Source: Lingula anatina
Taxonomy: Eukaryota > Animalia > Brachiopoda
Assembly: GCA_051362555.1 (NCBI GenBank)
Contig: CM120641.1
Span: forward strand, 20,398,001-20,462,000
Direction of reading: 5' to 3'
Length of the DNA stretch: 64,000 nucleotides
Positions 1 to 14,484 of this stretch are shown one piece after another. A model generated the notes under the pieces. That model was not told where the DNA came from and made no database searches. It worked only from the letters and a program-made list of their open reading frames with translations. Both the position numbers and the translations under genes were made by a program. Numbering within the stretch: the stretch's first letter is position 1; every line of letters begins with the position of its first letter.

Positions 1-2050
1 TCTCATAAGATAATGTAAAAGATATTACCTGACTGCAGTATATTAAAGCCCAAAGCTCTTCTACAATGAGTTTTAACTGCTTTCAAAAAAGTAAGATCAA
101 CCTGACCTTTAAAATCTGATCTCTTTTCTGAAACTCTATCAAAAATAACATTAATAACTGCATTAATAACCGCTATCTTTTTATATGTTAATCCCCCCCC
201 CCCCCATTTTTTGCAGCCATAGTTTAAATACAATAGAGGAGAGAATGATAATAAATGTTAGTTTAGCTATGAAAAGCATGGGTTTAATATTAAAAGTAAC
301 ATGTATAAATTTCATTTATAAGGGTTGCAATCTGATCATTATTATCTTATTCAAAATGTTTTCGTGGACTTATAAAAAGAAGAAAAATTGTGGAAAATTG
401 ACACACAAAATAATTTTTTCTTTTGACTATAAATGATTCAGGGCAATGAGGACACTATTTTCTATATTTTATGTGTATTCTAAAATTATGGATGTCAATT
501 ATCCTTTTTTTCTAATAATTATGTATAAACTAAATAAAATCATTCTGAAAATTATTCAAATTGTCATTTAAATTATAATCTCTTTTATAGTTTACAATAT
601 ATTGAATCAGTAGGAAGGAGGCTTTTGTTCACTATAATATGTGAAAGTGAGAGTCATCCTGTGATACTTGGTCGTAAACAGGAAACACTGTTTTGACCAA
701 GGGAAGCAAATGATTTAGAAATGGCCCATGTTCAAATATTAAATAATCTGAAGTGGTTTATATTCTGAAGAGATGTGATGGAAAAGAGCAAGAGGACAAC
801 CCTCATCTTCCACTTTCCAAAATTCATTTCTTTTTATTTCATTTCATTTTACAATCTTTAACACAAATTTGGTTAATTGAAACATTTACCCAACTAATGA
901 AATCTGACTGTTGAAAACGCTTGTTAATTCAACACTTTTTGAAGAATAAATTATTAATTAAAGCCAAGATTTATCTATTTGGATAGTGGTTTACATGTCC
1001 TTAATGACAATGAGTCATGTTCAACATAAACTGCATCAGATAAAAGGGGTGGGAAACATTCAATACCCATGCCATTTTAAACTGAAACACAATCAAATTA
1101 CCCAATACAGCTACAAGGTCATATTATAAATACCCATTCCATTATTGGAAAGGACCATCAGATAATGGGATTGAACATCCATTGTGCGGGTAAAGCAATG
1201 GTTTGATCACATTAAGCCAAAAATAAGCCACTCTGATTACCTTTGTTCAAGCCCACACAATTCTAAATTACAGCAAGGCTGTGTTCATGACTAGGTATTC
1301 AGAAATGTTCTAAATTCATCTATAGATAAAATATTATTTAAATATGTACACAGGGTCTGACCTGTGCAAGAGTTAACCTGTTATAAAAAATAATAATGAA
1401 TAAAAAATAAAAACCCTATAAATCCAAGATGGCATACATACATTTTACACATTTAACGAATGAAGTTGATGAAACAATTTCAATAACATCTACTTAAGAC
1501 AAAGTTTTAAGTTTACAAATTCTTTTAAAAAATTGGAAATTGTCACCTCAACAAAATGTATGGCCCCTCTTACAAAGTAAACTTTTTCATTGTTCACAAT
1601 CTCTTTTGTTTTTTTGACCAACCATCTATACACACTGCTTTGTCAGCATGATTTCAATAATTGAAGTTGTTATCGACTGAACACAGCTCGTTTAACACTG
1701 GCAATATTCTGTTTGAGTAAACCATTAGCAAAGTTACATAACTTAAATGACAACATTTACAACTTTCAAACAAAATGATATTCATGAAGTTAAATAAAAT
1801 ATTACAAACTGACTGCCAATATCATAAACCATTAAAAAAAACCAACTTTTTCATTTTTCTGGTATAGAAGAAAAAAAAAACTCACTTAAGGCATATCCCC
1901 ATGATTAACACTGAATCACAACAAATCAATACCACAGACAGCGGTTGCTTTTTCTATAAAATTACAGTATTTTCCACATGCAGAGATGTACAAAGAACCT
2001 TTTAAAAAATCCTGAAAATACAAGCGCTTAGGACATGCAGTTTTTTAGAG

Positions 2051-2085
<35 letters not shown>

Positions 2086-5000
2086 AAAGAGAGAGAAGGG
2101 GGGGGGGGACATAAATATAACACCAAAATAACTCGTTTTCCAGATGAATAAAGTAGACTTTCATCTTGGATTCTCTTCATTATGATCATGATTCACAATA
2201 GGTATGCAAAGAAGCATAAATATTGCTGAATCTAATGAGGAGATCATACATCTTTATTCTTCTTCCTGTACTCTGGTTCTGTAGCAAAGTCATTCAAAAC
2301 ATGGGGTTTATTTATAGCCAGTGATCCATCCAGTCGTCATTTGGATGTCTTTTTCGCCATTTGGATAGCCTATTTTAGGGTCAGGCGATCAGTTAAAATT
2401 CTCAGTAACCCCCTTCACCTTCATGCCATAATTGAGGAAGTTTCTAATGTCGTGTTTCAAATGCCTGGAAAAAGCCTGGATTCAAATTTGCCCCAAATTA
2501 TATAGATTGTTATTTTAATAGAATCATAAAGGAATCCATGTCAAGTGTCCAAAGAACAATACTTCTACTGACTGCATAGAACTAAAAAAAGTGTACCAAA
2601 ACCTTTTCACTGGTGAATTCCAGAAACTTGGGGGTACAAGGGTAAAAGAAATTGTCTTCCTTAATTCTCCAAGTATTAAAAAATATAAGACACAGAGAAG
2701 AAAATCTGCTGGGTTTTTGACTTTTTAGGTGGGGTGGGTGGGTTACAGCAGGGGGTACCTTGAAGCTTAGTGGTGGTGATAGAGTGCCGTGAAGCCCATT
2801 GTACCCCCTAACCCATCACCACCACCACCACCACCTTAATGGCCAATGCTGTTCATTTGCTTATTGTCGATATTTAACATTTCACAAATACAACATCCAT
2901 AGCCTCTCTCATCCGTGAATTGTTTACATGCTCAAATGGAGTAAAAGTTTGATGGCTCTGAAATATCATTGCACAAAATCAACTGGAAAGCAATTTCACA
3001 AGATCACTGGGCTTGAAAACTGCTCATCCCAGGAAACTGCCCATGCCTCCTAGAGAATATAAATGCACTGAATGATCCAATAAAATGTGTCACTGAATCC
3101 TAACTCTATCTGTGAAATGTCTCCAGAGTAATATTATTGGGTGGTTTCATTATAATCATATACAAAGGATAGGTCTTATATCTATAATTTTGTTGACGTA
3201 ATGTGATATTCAGACCAGTCGTCTTTTTCCAAATTTACTACATAATTGTTCAACATGAACCCTGAAAAAGACCAAGCTTACTTGGTAATCTCATTTATAT
3301 TAGCCTTCTGTGATCTCGGAGAACACATACTCAATTCACTATACGTACTTTTATTCTACAGCATTTAAGACTTACCCCTCCATAATTCTGTACAGTTACC
3401 CCATGAAATCCGGAAATACAACTGTAAAGAATGCTCACAACATCCATGGATGATTGATGGAAACCAATTAGCGGCAGAGAGAAGGAAGATTTGAAGGATT
3501 CAGTGATGAGAAGGTTAATAGAACTTTCCACGGTGAACTGAAACTGACCCATAAGATTCAAAAGACATTGAACATTACAGAGGTCTTCTGTGAGAGATGC
3601 TATGATGGAATATTCTTCAAAGAAAATTTGGCCAATGTCTCTATAGATAACATGTCTTAATACAAACATATTGCAACCTGTACAGTACAGGTACACACAA
3701 ACAAAAATACATACGTACAGTAGAGAGAAAAAATATATGGAGCAATGCTCACATATACATACACTCACACACACATACACAGTGACACACACACAAACAC
3801 ACACACACACACACACACATTGTAGAACCAAAACAAATTTCATGGTTTCTGTAAATGATCACCTCAGTAATGGCAGTAATCTACCTGTTCTTGGGCGAAC
3901 AGGTGCTTGGCTATAACAGCATTCCATGTCCTGAGCTATATCATAGAACTTACATTCCTAGAGCTGTACACACATAGCTAGCTATCTATACACAAACCTC
4001 ACAGCAAACTCCCCTGTTCAAGACTGAGCAGGAAAGGTCAAAGATCAGAGGTCAGACAAGAATGTATAACACATTAAGGACACTACTTGGTGATCTCTCT
4101 CAGATCATCCATATACTCACAACAGATTCATACAAGCTGTACAGGAACCTGCTTCATACCAGGTAAACTCAGGTAGTCTAAACATCAGAAAATAAATGCC
4201 CCCCCCCCTCCGAAGTCCCCCTTCTCCCTCATGCAATCATTCCACCGCCACCATCACTCCTCCAATCCCAATTTAAAAGGTCAATAAGATAACCCTTTGA
4301 TACAGTAACAGAGGGTTTGCATAAAGGATTGCAATCAAGCACCTTGTTTCCAGAAGTGAGGACAAATAAAAACCACTTTTGGACAGTTAAAAGCTGACCA
4401 CACCCTAACTTGCAAAATTAGTACTAATTGTAATCAGCCCAGCAAGAATAACATATATGCAGTCTGGCATTGCTTCTCCACCTACAAAATACTAGTAATA
4501 GGGAGAAGGTTGCCATACAGAGCTACCAGCTAGTTAATAAGGAGAAGCCACCATCTTTTTTCAACCGTTTCTCCTCTATGTAATCTTTTTAAATTTTCTG
4601 ATCGTTTTGTATTCCACCCTATGAAGCCTTGTAAACCAAGTCAACAGAATAGTTCAGGCTAAAGTTTGCGGCCTTTTTCCACACCACCAAACCTGCACAG
4701 GAATTTTCCAAGCTGAACAGGTATTATGAATGATTATAATGCCATGGTATTCCCTGTGCTTGTCCATGGCAATCAAAATAAAGGTTTGGCATCATGGAAC
4801 TTAGATCCAAGCAAAACAGCATGGACATTATAAATTGGAAAATAACTGTTTGGCCCATTTAAAGAGTATAATTGATATGTTCTACATTAGTATGAGTTAG
4901 TATTAGTTTTTCATACAGTCAAGGGGTGACAATTGCTTTTTATCAAAATGGGACCACAGCGGGAGAACAAGCAATCAGTCAGTAACAACTAGGACTATTC

Positions 5001-6059
5001 TTGTAAGTTCATTGTTCTATCCATATTTTTCATGTCAAATCAATAAAATTGGAAGAAAAAGCAATTGGAAAGAAAGCATGAACCTTGTAGACTACTTGGG
5101 ACATGCGTTGTTCCTAGAATCTACTGAGGAATATGTTGACCAAGCTTTAAGCAACTCTGTAACAGATGAGTCATACAAGTGAGAACAGCATAAAATGCGA
5201 CTCTTCTAGTATTATCTGCAACCAGCTATCAGGACAGTATTAATAGGCCAGTCCAAATTTAGTTTGTTTTTTTTTTCCAACAGAAATATTGATCTTTTTA
5301 AAATCCCTTTTGAAATGGAACACTGCACAAATAAGGACTTCAGTTACTTTAAAAAATACATAAACAACAACAATAAAATTATCATATTCAAACACAATAA
5401 TGATAACATAAATTTCATTTCATTTTGTAGACAATATATCATTTCCTGTGATCTTCCATGTTATTTGATCCTTGTGAGGCATAAGCACCTTGAGGTATGT
5501 TATGACCAGATGGCTCCTAACTTCATAAACTAGGCTCAATATATAAGACTATAAACTGAAATTGCAATAGGTAATTTGTGGGGAATTTTAATCAAACATC
5601 TGCTAGCAAACTAGAAAAATAACATAAACAAACTGAGTGGGACTTCAATTGTTAAAACTAGTGCATATGTCATAAAAATCTCAGGCTTCCTCCATTTTGG
5701 CGTTCCATATTCGTCAGTTTAGACAGAGCTGCACAGAACAAAATGCTGAACATGTATCAAACTCTTGGATTAACTGTCTTTCGAAAAAGTTGATTTTTTA
5801 CACCCCAAAGCACCTGTAGGCATTCTAAAATCTCAATCCTCGGTTAAATTGCATTTTGCTCATAATGCATGACACTTCCTTTCTGCCATGGTCTATCCCT
5901 AACTGGCCAGTGCAGGCTGGAATTCAGAATCTCCATCAATCACGCTTCTTCGTAACCAGGGTAACAGTTGCTGCATCACCTCCAAAGGATGAAATTTAGA
6001 TTTTCCTTTCATTGTTGGAAGTTCTATTTTCACTCTAGCCTGACATTGTTAGACCTATA

Positions 6060-6350
6060 GGACCTATTTCATAAAAAAACATTAGCCCCCAAAAACTGAT
6101 CTAAAATTTTAAGCCAAAATTTTGGTGTGTTTCAGTTCAAGAGAAATCAACAGTGGTCCATTTAAATACAGTACAGAAGCATTCACTTTAACATGGAAGG
6201 TGTATTTCCTGTTTTAAAACTACTAAAACAAGTGCAATAATTCATTTTGTTGGACTAAAACTGATTTACTTTGCATCAAAGAAGACTTAGTTTTTTATCT
6301 AAAAGTTTAGACTAGTTTTTGAGCTAAAGTGCCTTTGTTAAACAGAATCC
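6060..6350. mobile_element. Degenerate MITE with inverted arms of about 60 bp; a related arm lies at 38500-38557
   Basis: TTAGCCCCCAAAAACTGATCTAAAATTTT versus the reverse complement of AAAAGTTTAGACTAGTTTTTGAGCTAA. Confidence 0.6.
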
Positions 6351-6890
6351 AGGAAAACATGTACCTATGGTACTGAAGCATATATTTTTGTTCTATAAAC
6401 TTGTGATTTTTTTATACTTCTTACTAACAGAGACCTGGAAAATTTCTGTTTACATATAGCAATCATACTTTCCACGTCCTGTGTTAATCTGTGCATCATC
6501 TGTCAAATTTAATGATTAATATTTAATATTACAGTCTCAAATAATATTTGAATAACAAATCTTGTATACTCTCCAAATACAGTTAATAATACATATTCAT
6601 GAAACTGTTAGATCAAAGCACTGATGATCATCAATATGCAAAGCTTAGTTTTAAAAAAATTTGATCTGAGAATTGTCAGAATTGAGAAGGGGTATTTTTA
6701 CAGTGTTTTAAAGGTGTTAATGAATGTTAATATTGTTACAGAAGATGTTTTTCTCTTGTAACATTTAATATATCTTTATTGTTTTTTTCCAAGCTCACAC
6801 TGTGTTCAGTCTTGTCACAAATAATTCAAAATATATTCTTTCAGTTATACTGAACACATTTGACTGTAAGTATGGTACAGCATTTACAAT

Positions 6891-7117
6891 GAGAGCATTC
6901 ACATCGAGAAGAGCCGAGGTCTAGCAAGGCCGAGACCTAAATATGGCAGACATACATGAAAGGAAGGCCCTGTAATCCTTTAACTGTCTCTCAGTGACAT
7001 TCACTGTCATCCATTGAGAGACAATTAAAGGATTACATGGCCTTACTTTCACGTAGGTCTGCCATATTTAGGTCTCAGCCTTGCTAGACCTCGGCTCTTC
7101 TCAATGTGAATGCTCTC
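6891..7117. mobile_element. Foldback MITE with arms of about 100 bp and an AAT target duplication
   Basis: GAGAGCATTCACAT...ATGTGAATGCTCTC, near-perfect inverted arms, AAT on both flanks. Confidence 0.88.
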
Positions 7118-7135
7118 AATGATAATCAAAACTAT

Positions 7136-7348
7136 GGGTCTATTCCCACAACTTTAGATCGATCTATCACCGCGGGGAGTCTCACCAGACTACCGTCAGA
7201 TAATCCCCCTTAAGTGTCCGTCCCCGCCCACTACAAGCCGTAAGGGGCAATTAACTTTCGTGTCCGCCCGGCTGACAGCTATTCAGCGCGAACCCCCAGG
7301 GAGTTAGGTCGATCCAAAGTAGGTCGATCTAATCTATGGAAATGGGGT
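7136..7348. mobile_element. MITE related to 32450-32695
   Basis: Shared ATTCCCACA..CGATCTATC..GGAGTCTCA and CCCCAGGGAGTTAG..TCGATCTA. Confidence 0.7.
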
Positions 7349-7519
7349 GTATGATTCAGCTGCCAATTCTTTGAAAATAAAGAACAATCTATTACACCTT
7401 CACTGATCCACTCATTTTCATAGTGTTAGAAGGGAGAACATTCCCCTTTGGGAAGAGGCAGTTGGACAGTCTCTTCAGTCTGATATTGTTTAACTGCTAT
7501 AGAGTGAATAAGTTTATTA

Positions 7520-8816
7520 TTATTATCACTTTTGGGACAAAAGTAGGGGATCATGTTACCCTGCCCGTCTGTGCGTCCGTGCATCTGTGTGTCTGTGCAT
7601 CCGTGCATCCGTGTGTTAGTAATTTTCGCTATATCCTCCTAGACTATTGCAGGAAGGAAGTTGAAACTTTGGGAATTGTTAGACACATCTTTAGGGACGT
7701 GCATGGGCACATTGGAATTTTAGTGCAACAGGGGGTTAGGCTGTCCCTGGGAGGTAGTTGATTCAAAATTCTTATGACATTGTAATTTCTGCTATCTCCT
7801 CCTAGACCGTTAGAGATAGGAAATCGAAACTATGGGAATTGGAAGATCCATCATCAGGGATGTGCATGGGCATTTTGGAATTTTAGAGCCACAGGGGGTT
7901 GGACTGTCCCTGGGGGGTGGTTGATTCTAAATTTTTATAGCATTGTAATTTCTGCTATCTCCTCCTAGACTATTGCAGGTAGGAAGTTGAAACTTTGGGT
8001 ATTGGTAGACCCATCTTTAGGGATGTGCATGGGCACATTAGAATTTTAATGCAACAGGGGGTTGGGATGTCCCTGGGGGGTGGTTGATTCTAAATTCTTA
8101 TGACATCGTAATTTCTGCTATCTCCTCCTAGACTGTTAGAGATAGGAAATTGAAACTTTAGTGATTTGTATACCCATCATCAGGGAGGTACATGGGCACT
8201 TAAGAATTTTAGTGCAACAGAGGGTTGGGCTGTACCCTGGGAGGTGGTTGCAACAGGGGATTGGGCTGTCCCTGGGGGTGATTGATTCTAAATACTTATG
8301 ACAATGTAATGTCTGCTATCTCCTCCTAGACTGTTAGAGATAGGAAATTGAAACTATGGGAATTGGAGGATCCATCATCAGGGATGTGCATATATACACT
8401 TTGGAATTTTAGTTCAACAGGGGGTTGGGCTGTCCCAGGGGGTTGGTTGATTCTGAATTCTTCTCACATTGTAGTTTCTGCTTTTTTCTACTAGACCATT
8501 GCAGGTAGGAAGTTGAAACTGGTGATTAGTATACCCATCATGAGAAATGTACATGGACACATTGGAATTTTAGTGCAACAGGGGGTTGGGCTATCCCTGG
8601 GGGTTGGTTGATTCTAAATTCTTTTAACATTGTAGATTTTTTTACATTTATATTTTAAAATACCTTTGGATGAAGCAGTGATCACTGATGTGCTGAAACA
8701 TTTACCAGTGTGTCCATGCGTGTGAACGTGCATATGTGGCAAGTGGTCCCTAGTGGTGAGCTGCTCTATGGGGAAGTGCGTGGATATGTGATGGCTACCC
8801 ATCGACACCATCTAGT
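7520..8816 (+). mobile_element. Non-autonomous Helentron/Helitron-type element (HINE) with a central tandem array
   Basis: 5' palindrome ACTTTTG-GGA-CAAAAGT (7528-7544), GTCY-like microsatellite 7567-7615, 163-bp repeats, 3' hairpin GATGG..CCATC then CTAGT. Confidence 0.8.
7620..8640. repeat. Tandem array, 163-bp unit, about 6 copies
   Basis: TCCTCCTAGAC marker at 7634, 7797, 7960, 8123, 8321 and about 8486. Confidence 0.93.
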
Positions 8817-9751
8817 TATAATAATAATAATTATTATTATTATTATTATTATTATTGCAACTGTTTAAAGATATGTATCAATGAGATGACATCATGCAGT
8901 GATTATGATATAGAATTTATTTGTTGAAATGAAGTAATGAAGATGCAGCAGTTTATATCTTACTCTAACATTGTGAGTTATCCAATTTCAGTTGGCTGGT
9001 TGTTTTACATAAAATATTGAAACAATTCTCAAGACACTAACATTCTATTTAAAAAGTACAAACATGTGTCACCATAAAACCATAAATTTATCAATTAAGA
9101 TGAGAGATATTTTAGTCCCTCTATCTAAAGCATTCCTTGAAACTGACTATACTATAAAATCCAGGCCAAAGTATTGCTGGGAGAGGGAGACTTTGATCCA
9201 GGGTTGCGATACATTTTTGCAACATGCTTCACCATTGATTTTTGCTTGATCTGGGACATTTCTGACTTCTCACTGATCTTGTCATTGTGGACACCCGTCT
9301 AGGCCTCAAACATATCTTCACTAATGCATGCAAGTGTACTAGTGCATGAGGAGATCTGTTTGATATATATGAAACTTAAGCTGCACTGCAATATTTAAAC
9401 TTATTTTACACAGTGAATTCTATTATTGAAATATGACTGTAGCATATGATACAACAGTGTGGCTTAGAATGTAAACAATACTTCCAGCACAATAGCACAG
9501 TATGTGCACCTGTTTCCTGTATAGCTGGAATTGTTTTAAAATGCAATAATTCATTTCAAACTATGATATGCACAATGGAATATGCCGGACTGTATGCTAT
9601 GCACACAAAGATGGAATGAGTTGCACTGACCGTTAACTTATACTGGGCAATAGTACTGAGAGAGAGAATCCACTTTCAAATAATGTATTCTCTATATTAT
9701 GAAGTAATAATATTTGATTAACATTTTTTCTATATATGTGTTATCACTGGC

Positions 9752-9791
<40 letters not shown>

Positions 9792-10613
9792 CCTGATGAC
9801 TTAGTTCTTACCTAAATCAAGGCTGAACAATCATCAAATACACAACATATCATATTTATGATATTCATGACTTGTAAATTGGATTATATATTATTCATTA
9901 CTGTAGGAGGAAATCAAGGGTTATCCAGCAAATCTCATGAGCACAGAGGTACAGAGAGACAAAGCAAAAAGTAAATATAACCAAAGTGACCATATTCATG
10001 ATGATACAAATGCATACAAATACAGTTCATTGTCTGGATTTAAGTTCTAAACGATCTTTTTACAAATTAAGCTCTAATCATCAAACATGACATACTAGGC
10101 AATTAATATCAACATGTTTCCAAGAAACTCCTTTCAATCTCCTAACCAAATGAGTACTTAAATTGCTCATTGTGATCAATTGTTATTCCAATAGCTGTTC
10201 AACCACGTACTGCTAATTCTCATGCATATTGAAACAGCCTCCATTTTGCCTCTATGCAAACCAATTCAGAGCATTTTATGAAAGTTAACTTCAGGCCTTG
10301 TAGGCAGAATAAAGCTTTGGTATTGGGTGGTTCGAACACACTGCCCTTTTGGCCAGGAAAGGTTCATACTAAATCGAAATTTGCTCCATGCCATTATGGT
10401 AAAAAAGTTTTCTTTCTCAGATAAAGTATCTCCCCCATCCCACCCCCATTCCCATCCTTTTGAAATAAAGCCGGCTATAGGTTCAACTTGCTACCAGGAA
10501 AACATCCCCCTATACGAACATTGCTGTGGTTTGACTTTCAATATGCCTGTTTCTTTTTGACCGAAACTAAGAATAAGACCACATTCCCAGTCTAGTTGAG
10601 CTGCCTTGACTCT

Positions 10614-10806
10614 GAGCGCATTTAGAACAGCAGACTAACAGACCCACGGATCAAATATGGCTGACCCACTTGAATGCTTGTTGCATAATCCCTGCGGGGA
10701 ATCTAATCAGTGACTACTTGCATTTTGGGAATAAAGCAGCAAGCTTTTTAGTGGGTCGCCATATTTTTATCCGTGGATCTGTTAGTCCGCTATTCTGAAT
10801 GTGCTC
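10614..10806. mobile_element. MITE with imperfect inverted arms of about 55 bp
   Basis: GAGCGCATTTAGAACAG..GACTAACAGA..AAATATGGC paired with GCCATATTT..TCTGTTAGTC..CTGAATGTGCTC. Confidence 0.8.
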
Positions 10807-11631
10807 GTAGTTTCTACTACCTCAGCAGTTCCTGAGACTGTAATTTCTAACCACAGGCAGCCAATCTAATCTCTGATGTTTCACCCACTGCTGCTAAAAT
10901 CAGGGATGAGACTGCCATTTAGTGAAAAAGTCTATGGCATGGGGTCCAGGGGGCACTCTGCATTGATCTCAAAAACTATATTTTTGGCTCCCAAAAAGTC
11001 AGATGTCCACTGACTGTCAGAAAAATCTAATTACTATAAAGTTAAATTAAGTTGCTAACACAATAAGATCTGTTTTCTATGGTATTGAAATTTTGATGCT
11101 CATCAAATCGTACAGGTCAGAGCCAAAATAAACAAGATCTTATGATGGACATGTTAAAATGGACAAGACAGGCTGGAGAGAACTCTGAAGCAATATACGG
11201 CAGACTTATCTCACTGTTTTCAAATTTAGTGTATCATTCATGAATCATATAAATCTAGATAAGGTTGTTTTTTATGATGGCAAGCTGGTTGATTGATAAA
11301 AGCAAACCTGTGCAAATAAATGGAAAACCAAGTTTATTAAAAATACATGCTCTTTTTGATGGTAATCTCAAACTATAGACCAGATGTTCTTAAAATCATT
11401 TCACTAAGATTCTAGGCCATAAATGACAGATAAAGCAAATTTATGTTTTTCTATGACAAAAATACCATCAGCAGAACCTAAGAGTTATAGTTCTAGATAA
11501 CTGACACTTGACAACAGGTACATTCAAATGCAAAAAATTGACACTGACCTCAACCAATTTGGGAATGGAACATATCATCAGAAAACCATAGTTCTAATTT
11601 ACCAGTTGTTTAACAGTCAAATGAGATCTCC

Positions 11632-11634
<3 letters not shown>

Positions 11635-11687
<53 letters not shown>

Positions 11688-11690
11688 CAC

Positions 11691-11725
<35 letters not shown>

Positions 11726-11734
11726 TAATAATAA
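11635..11734. repeat. Compound (CA)n + (AAT)n microsatellite
   Basis: Direct reading. Confidence 0.95.
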
Positions 11735-11981
11735 TCTTTGGTGGTCAGATGATGTACTCAGGTCTTTGCAATCCCACGTTCAGTTCATATACAGAACAGG
11801 AGGTCAAATATATTAATATAGGCAGCAGATTTATGAATTTAATTCTAACCCAGGATGACCATGCTGACCACACAGCCTGGCCATAGAAATGTAACACAAA
11901 ATCAGGTGATGTGTATATAAAGTAAATATTTCAATTTTTAGCCTCCCCCCCCCAACATAGTAAGACAGATTTTGTACTTAC

Positions 11982-12255
11982 CTTAAATCATGACCTCTAA
12001 ACGTAGCTTCAAGATTGAGAAGAAAATATGTTTGCTTGGTTTACTAAACAATGAACAATGATGAATCCCGGAGTCACCCGAGGTATAGGTATTAAACCAA
12101 GAATAAAGGAATATTTGAATACTTTAACGGACATGGGAACATCCTGCAAACAGGCCAACTTCAGGCAACTTTATGCACATCTATCATTAAGTCTTTATTT
12201 AAAGTGTTCCAATCATTCATTCACTTTCAACCCATTGCTTTCAACAATATAAAAC
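11982..12255 (-). other. Candidate non-coding exon 2 of the transcript starting near 14.6 kb
   Basis: Acceptor ttttttcag|G and donor AAG|gtaagt; no recognisable protein. Confidence 0.35.
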
Positions 12256-12823
12256 CTGAAAAAATTCACATGTACATTCGTATAAGTCTTTAAGGTGGCA
12301 ATGTTAAAGCCAAGATAAGTGCCAAGGTTTGGAATGGAATTAAAGCTTTAAAAAAACTTGAACAAACTTTTTTTTGTTCTTTCTGGGTTGGGCAGAGAAG
12401 GAAAGATATGGGCATATACTTGGCAAGTGCATATGTTATTTCACTTGCCATAGCAAAAGAAAAGTACTAAGGTTGGCAGGTGCTTTGTCTGCACCCTTTA
12501 TGTGTATCAATTATACCATGCTAGACTCAGACTAAAAAGTACCTGACGAACCAGCAAGTTTTCTTTTACTTAATCAAATCTTGAGTCTAGCAATGTATCT
12601 ATATACATATATAAAGACACCCAGTTTATTGATATTTGACCTGCAGACTAGTTAGTCCACTGTTCTGAATGCGGCCCTAGTCATCTGGTGAGTACTACCC
12701 AGACAGGTTCAGGTTTGTACTTCTCAACTGCACACACCTGAAGTAAACAGCACTGGGCAACTGAACTTATCTGATATAAATCTGTAACATCAATAACAAA
12801 TTATTCAAGTTGTGAACAAGCAG

Positions 12824-12827
<4 letters not shown>

Positions 12828-12897
<70 letters not shown>
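12828..12897. repeat. (AT)n microsatellite
   Basis: Direct reading. Confidence 0.95.
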
Positions 12898-12900
<3 letters not shown>

Positions 12901-14484
12901 CACCTAATTCTTTTTCTACAGCAATAAAAATTCAGTTTGATCTGCTTGTTCGAAAATAAGTTACTCTGTATAGGTTGTATGGCAAAGCAGGATTTTTGTA
13001 TAATACTACTTAATCGTGTTTCAATTTTGGAAGTCCTCCAGTAAAAGTGGGAGTATCTATACTGGTATCCTTATGAGGGGAAATATCTCTTGTTTGAATG
13101 TATACTATAAAAAGTAACTCCTGTGAGAATGACCTGGCTGATTCATTAATGCAAATCTTGTGTATGCTCAGTCTCATGCCACAAGGTATGACTTTCTTGC
13201 CACTAACATAAAGTGATGACCTTTAGAATCTTCTGTGCCTAATGTTGTCTTCTTATTACCAATCTCTATGGTCTATATCTGTCAATGCCCTTTTCTACTA
13301 GTATACCTTCCATAATGGTCATGTGCTAACAGACTATTAAGTCAATTTATATGGTGATAGTAGCCTTTTTAGGTATGTCAAATACATCTATTTTAGGTTA
13401 ATCATAATAAAATGCTCTTAAGCCAATATTGAATTTGTGTAGTCAGCTATCTCATAAAAGCAGTCTAAGCTTTGCTTCAGAACTTAACATGTTTCCAAGA
13501 TGTATCAGTCCATTCAAATTCCTTTGATTTTCTGGTGTTACTTGAAATTAAAACAATACACAATGAATTCTAAGGGTTTTGACAACTATATGATTCTCTG
13601 TAAGAATGAAAAGCCTTTGCCTTATTTAAATTAATGTAAAATTATTTGCTTATCAATAAAAGAAAAATAGTTACGTTACAGGCAAATTGACCACAAAAAA
13701 GTGTTCAAACATTAAAAAACATTTTGCTGTGGTCATTTCAGCATCAAAATCATCCCGGGTAATGTTTAAACAAGACCAAGCAGGGCAGGTCTGGCAGGTG
13801 ATTTGATGAATGCTTTTTCTGAAATGCATGACGGCCATTAAGTTACAGCAATATGACCCTTGAATTATGAATGATAACCACACAGACAAACAGGCCTGTA
13901 TTCAATCACCATTGGAGTTTCAATGAGTTTTGCTGACACAGTGAAAAAAGGTTGGACATAACTAACTAGGTTGAGGCATCATCTAGACCCCCCCCCCCCT
14001 CTCCCCATGGCACATTTGGACTTATGCTTGCATGTCTGCAAATCTCTGAAATGAAGAGACTACTGACATTTTCCAAATTCGCACATCACATCCTTTTTAA
14101 TATGATGATAATATCGCACCATACTCGCAGATTCTCTATACTATATTATACTACAATTACTACTAGTACTAGTCCAGACTACAGTAGTATTGAAATATTA
14201 TCATTCATGATTCACTTTTGTTTCCAATTGTTTCTCCAAATAACACGAGAAAAATAAACAATAAAGAACAGAATAGAATGACTACAGTGACGTGATGCAA
14301 CAGCAACATCAGTCAGTACTACGCGTCCCGCATCGGAAAGCAAGGTACCCGCTTCAGGCTTCTGGTTCTGATTCTGCTTTCCTGCCGCTTCCCGGCCAGA
14401 TGCCGCAAAAAAATACCCGCTTTTGCTCATCGTGTCATTGAATGCACTACAAAGCGTTGATGCATATGCCCAAAATGTACTTAC

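Noticed and set aside
3331-3916. 170-aa and 81-aa ORFs on opposite strands
   Set aside because: Partly built from a (CA)n microsatellite; the rest matches no family I recognise.
7620-8640. Regularly spaced repeats as a CRISPR-like array
   Set aside because: Whole 163-bp units are homologous with no unique spacers, and the context is eukaryotic.
14212-14448. GC-rich 72-aa ORF beside the putative promoter
   Set aside because: No recognisable protein; the segment ends in TGAATGCAC like the local MITE termini and lies in the putative first intron.
1-14484. Intronic box C/D snoRNAs expected if the 14.6-kb transcript were a TOP host gene
   Set aside because: I found no convincing RTGATGA...CTGA pair with a terminal stem on the minus strand by eye; a covariance search is needed.
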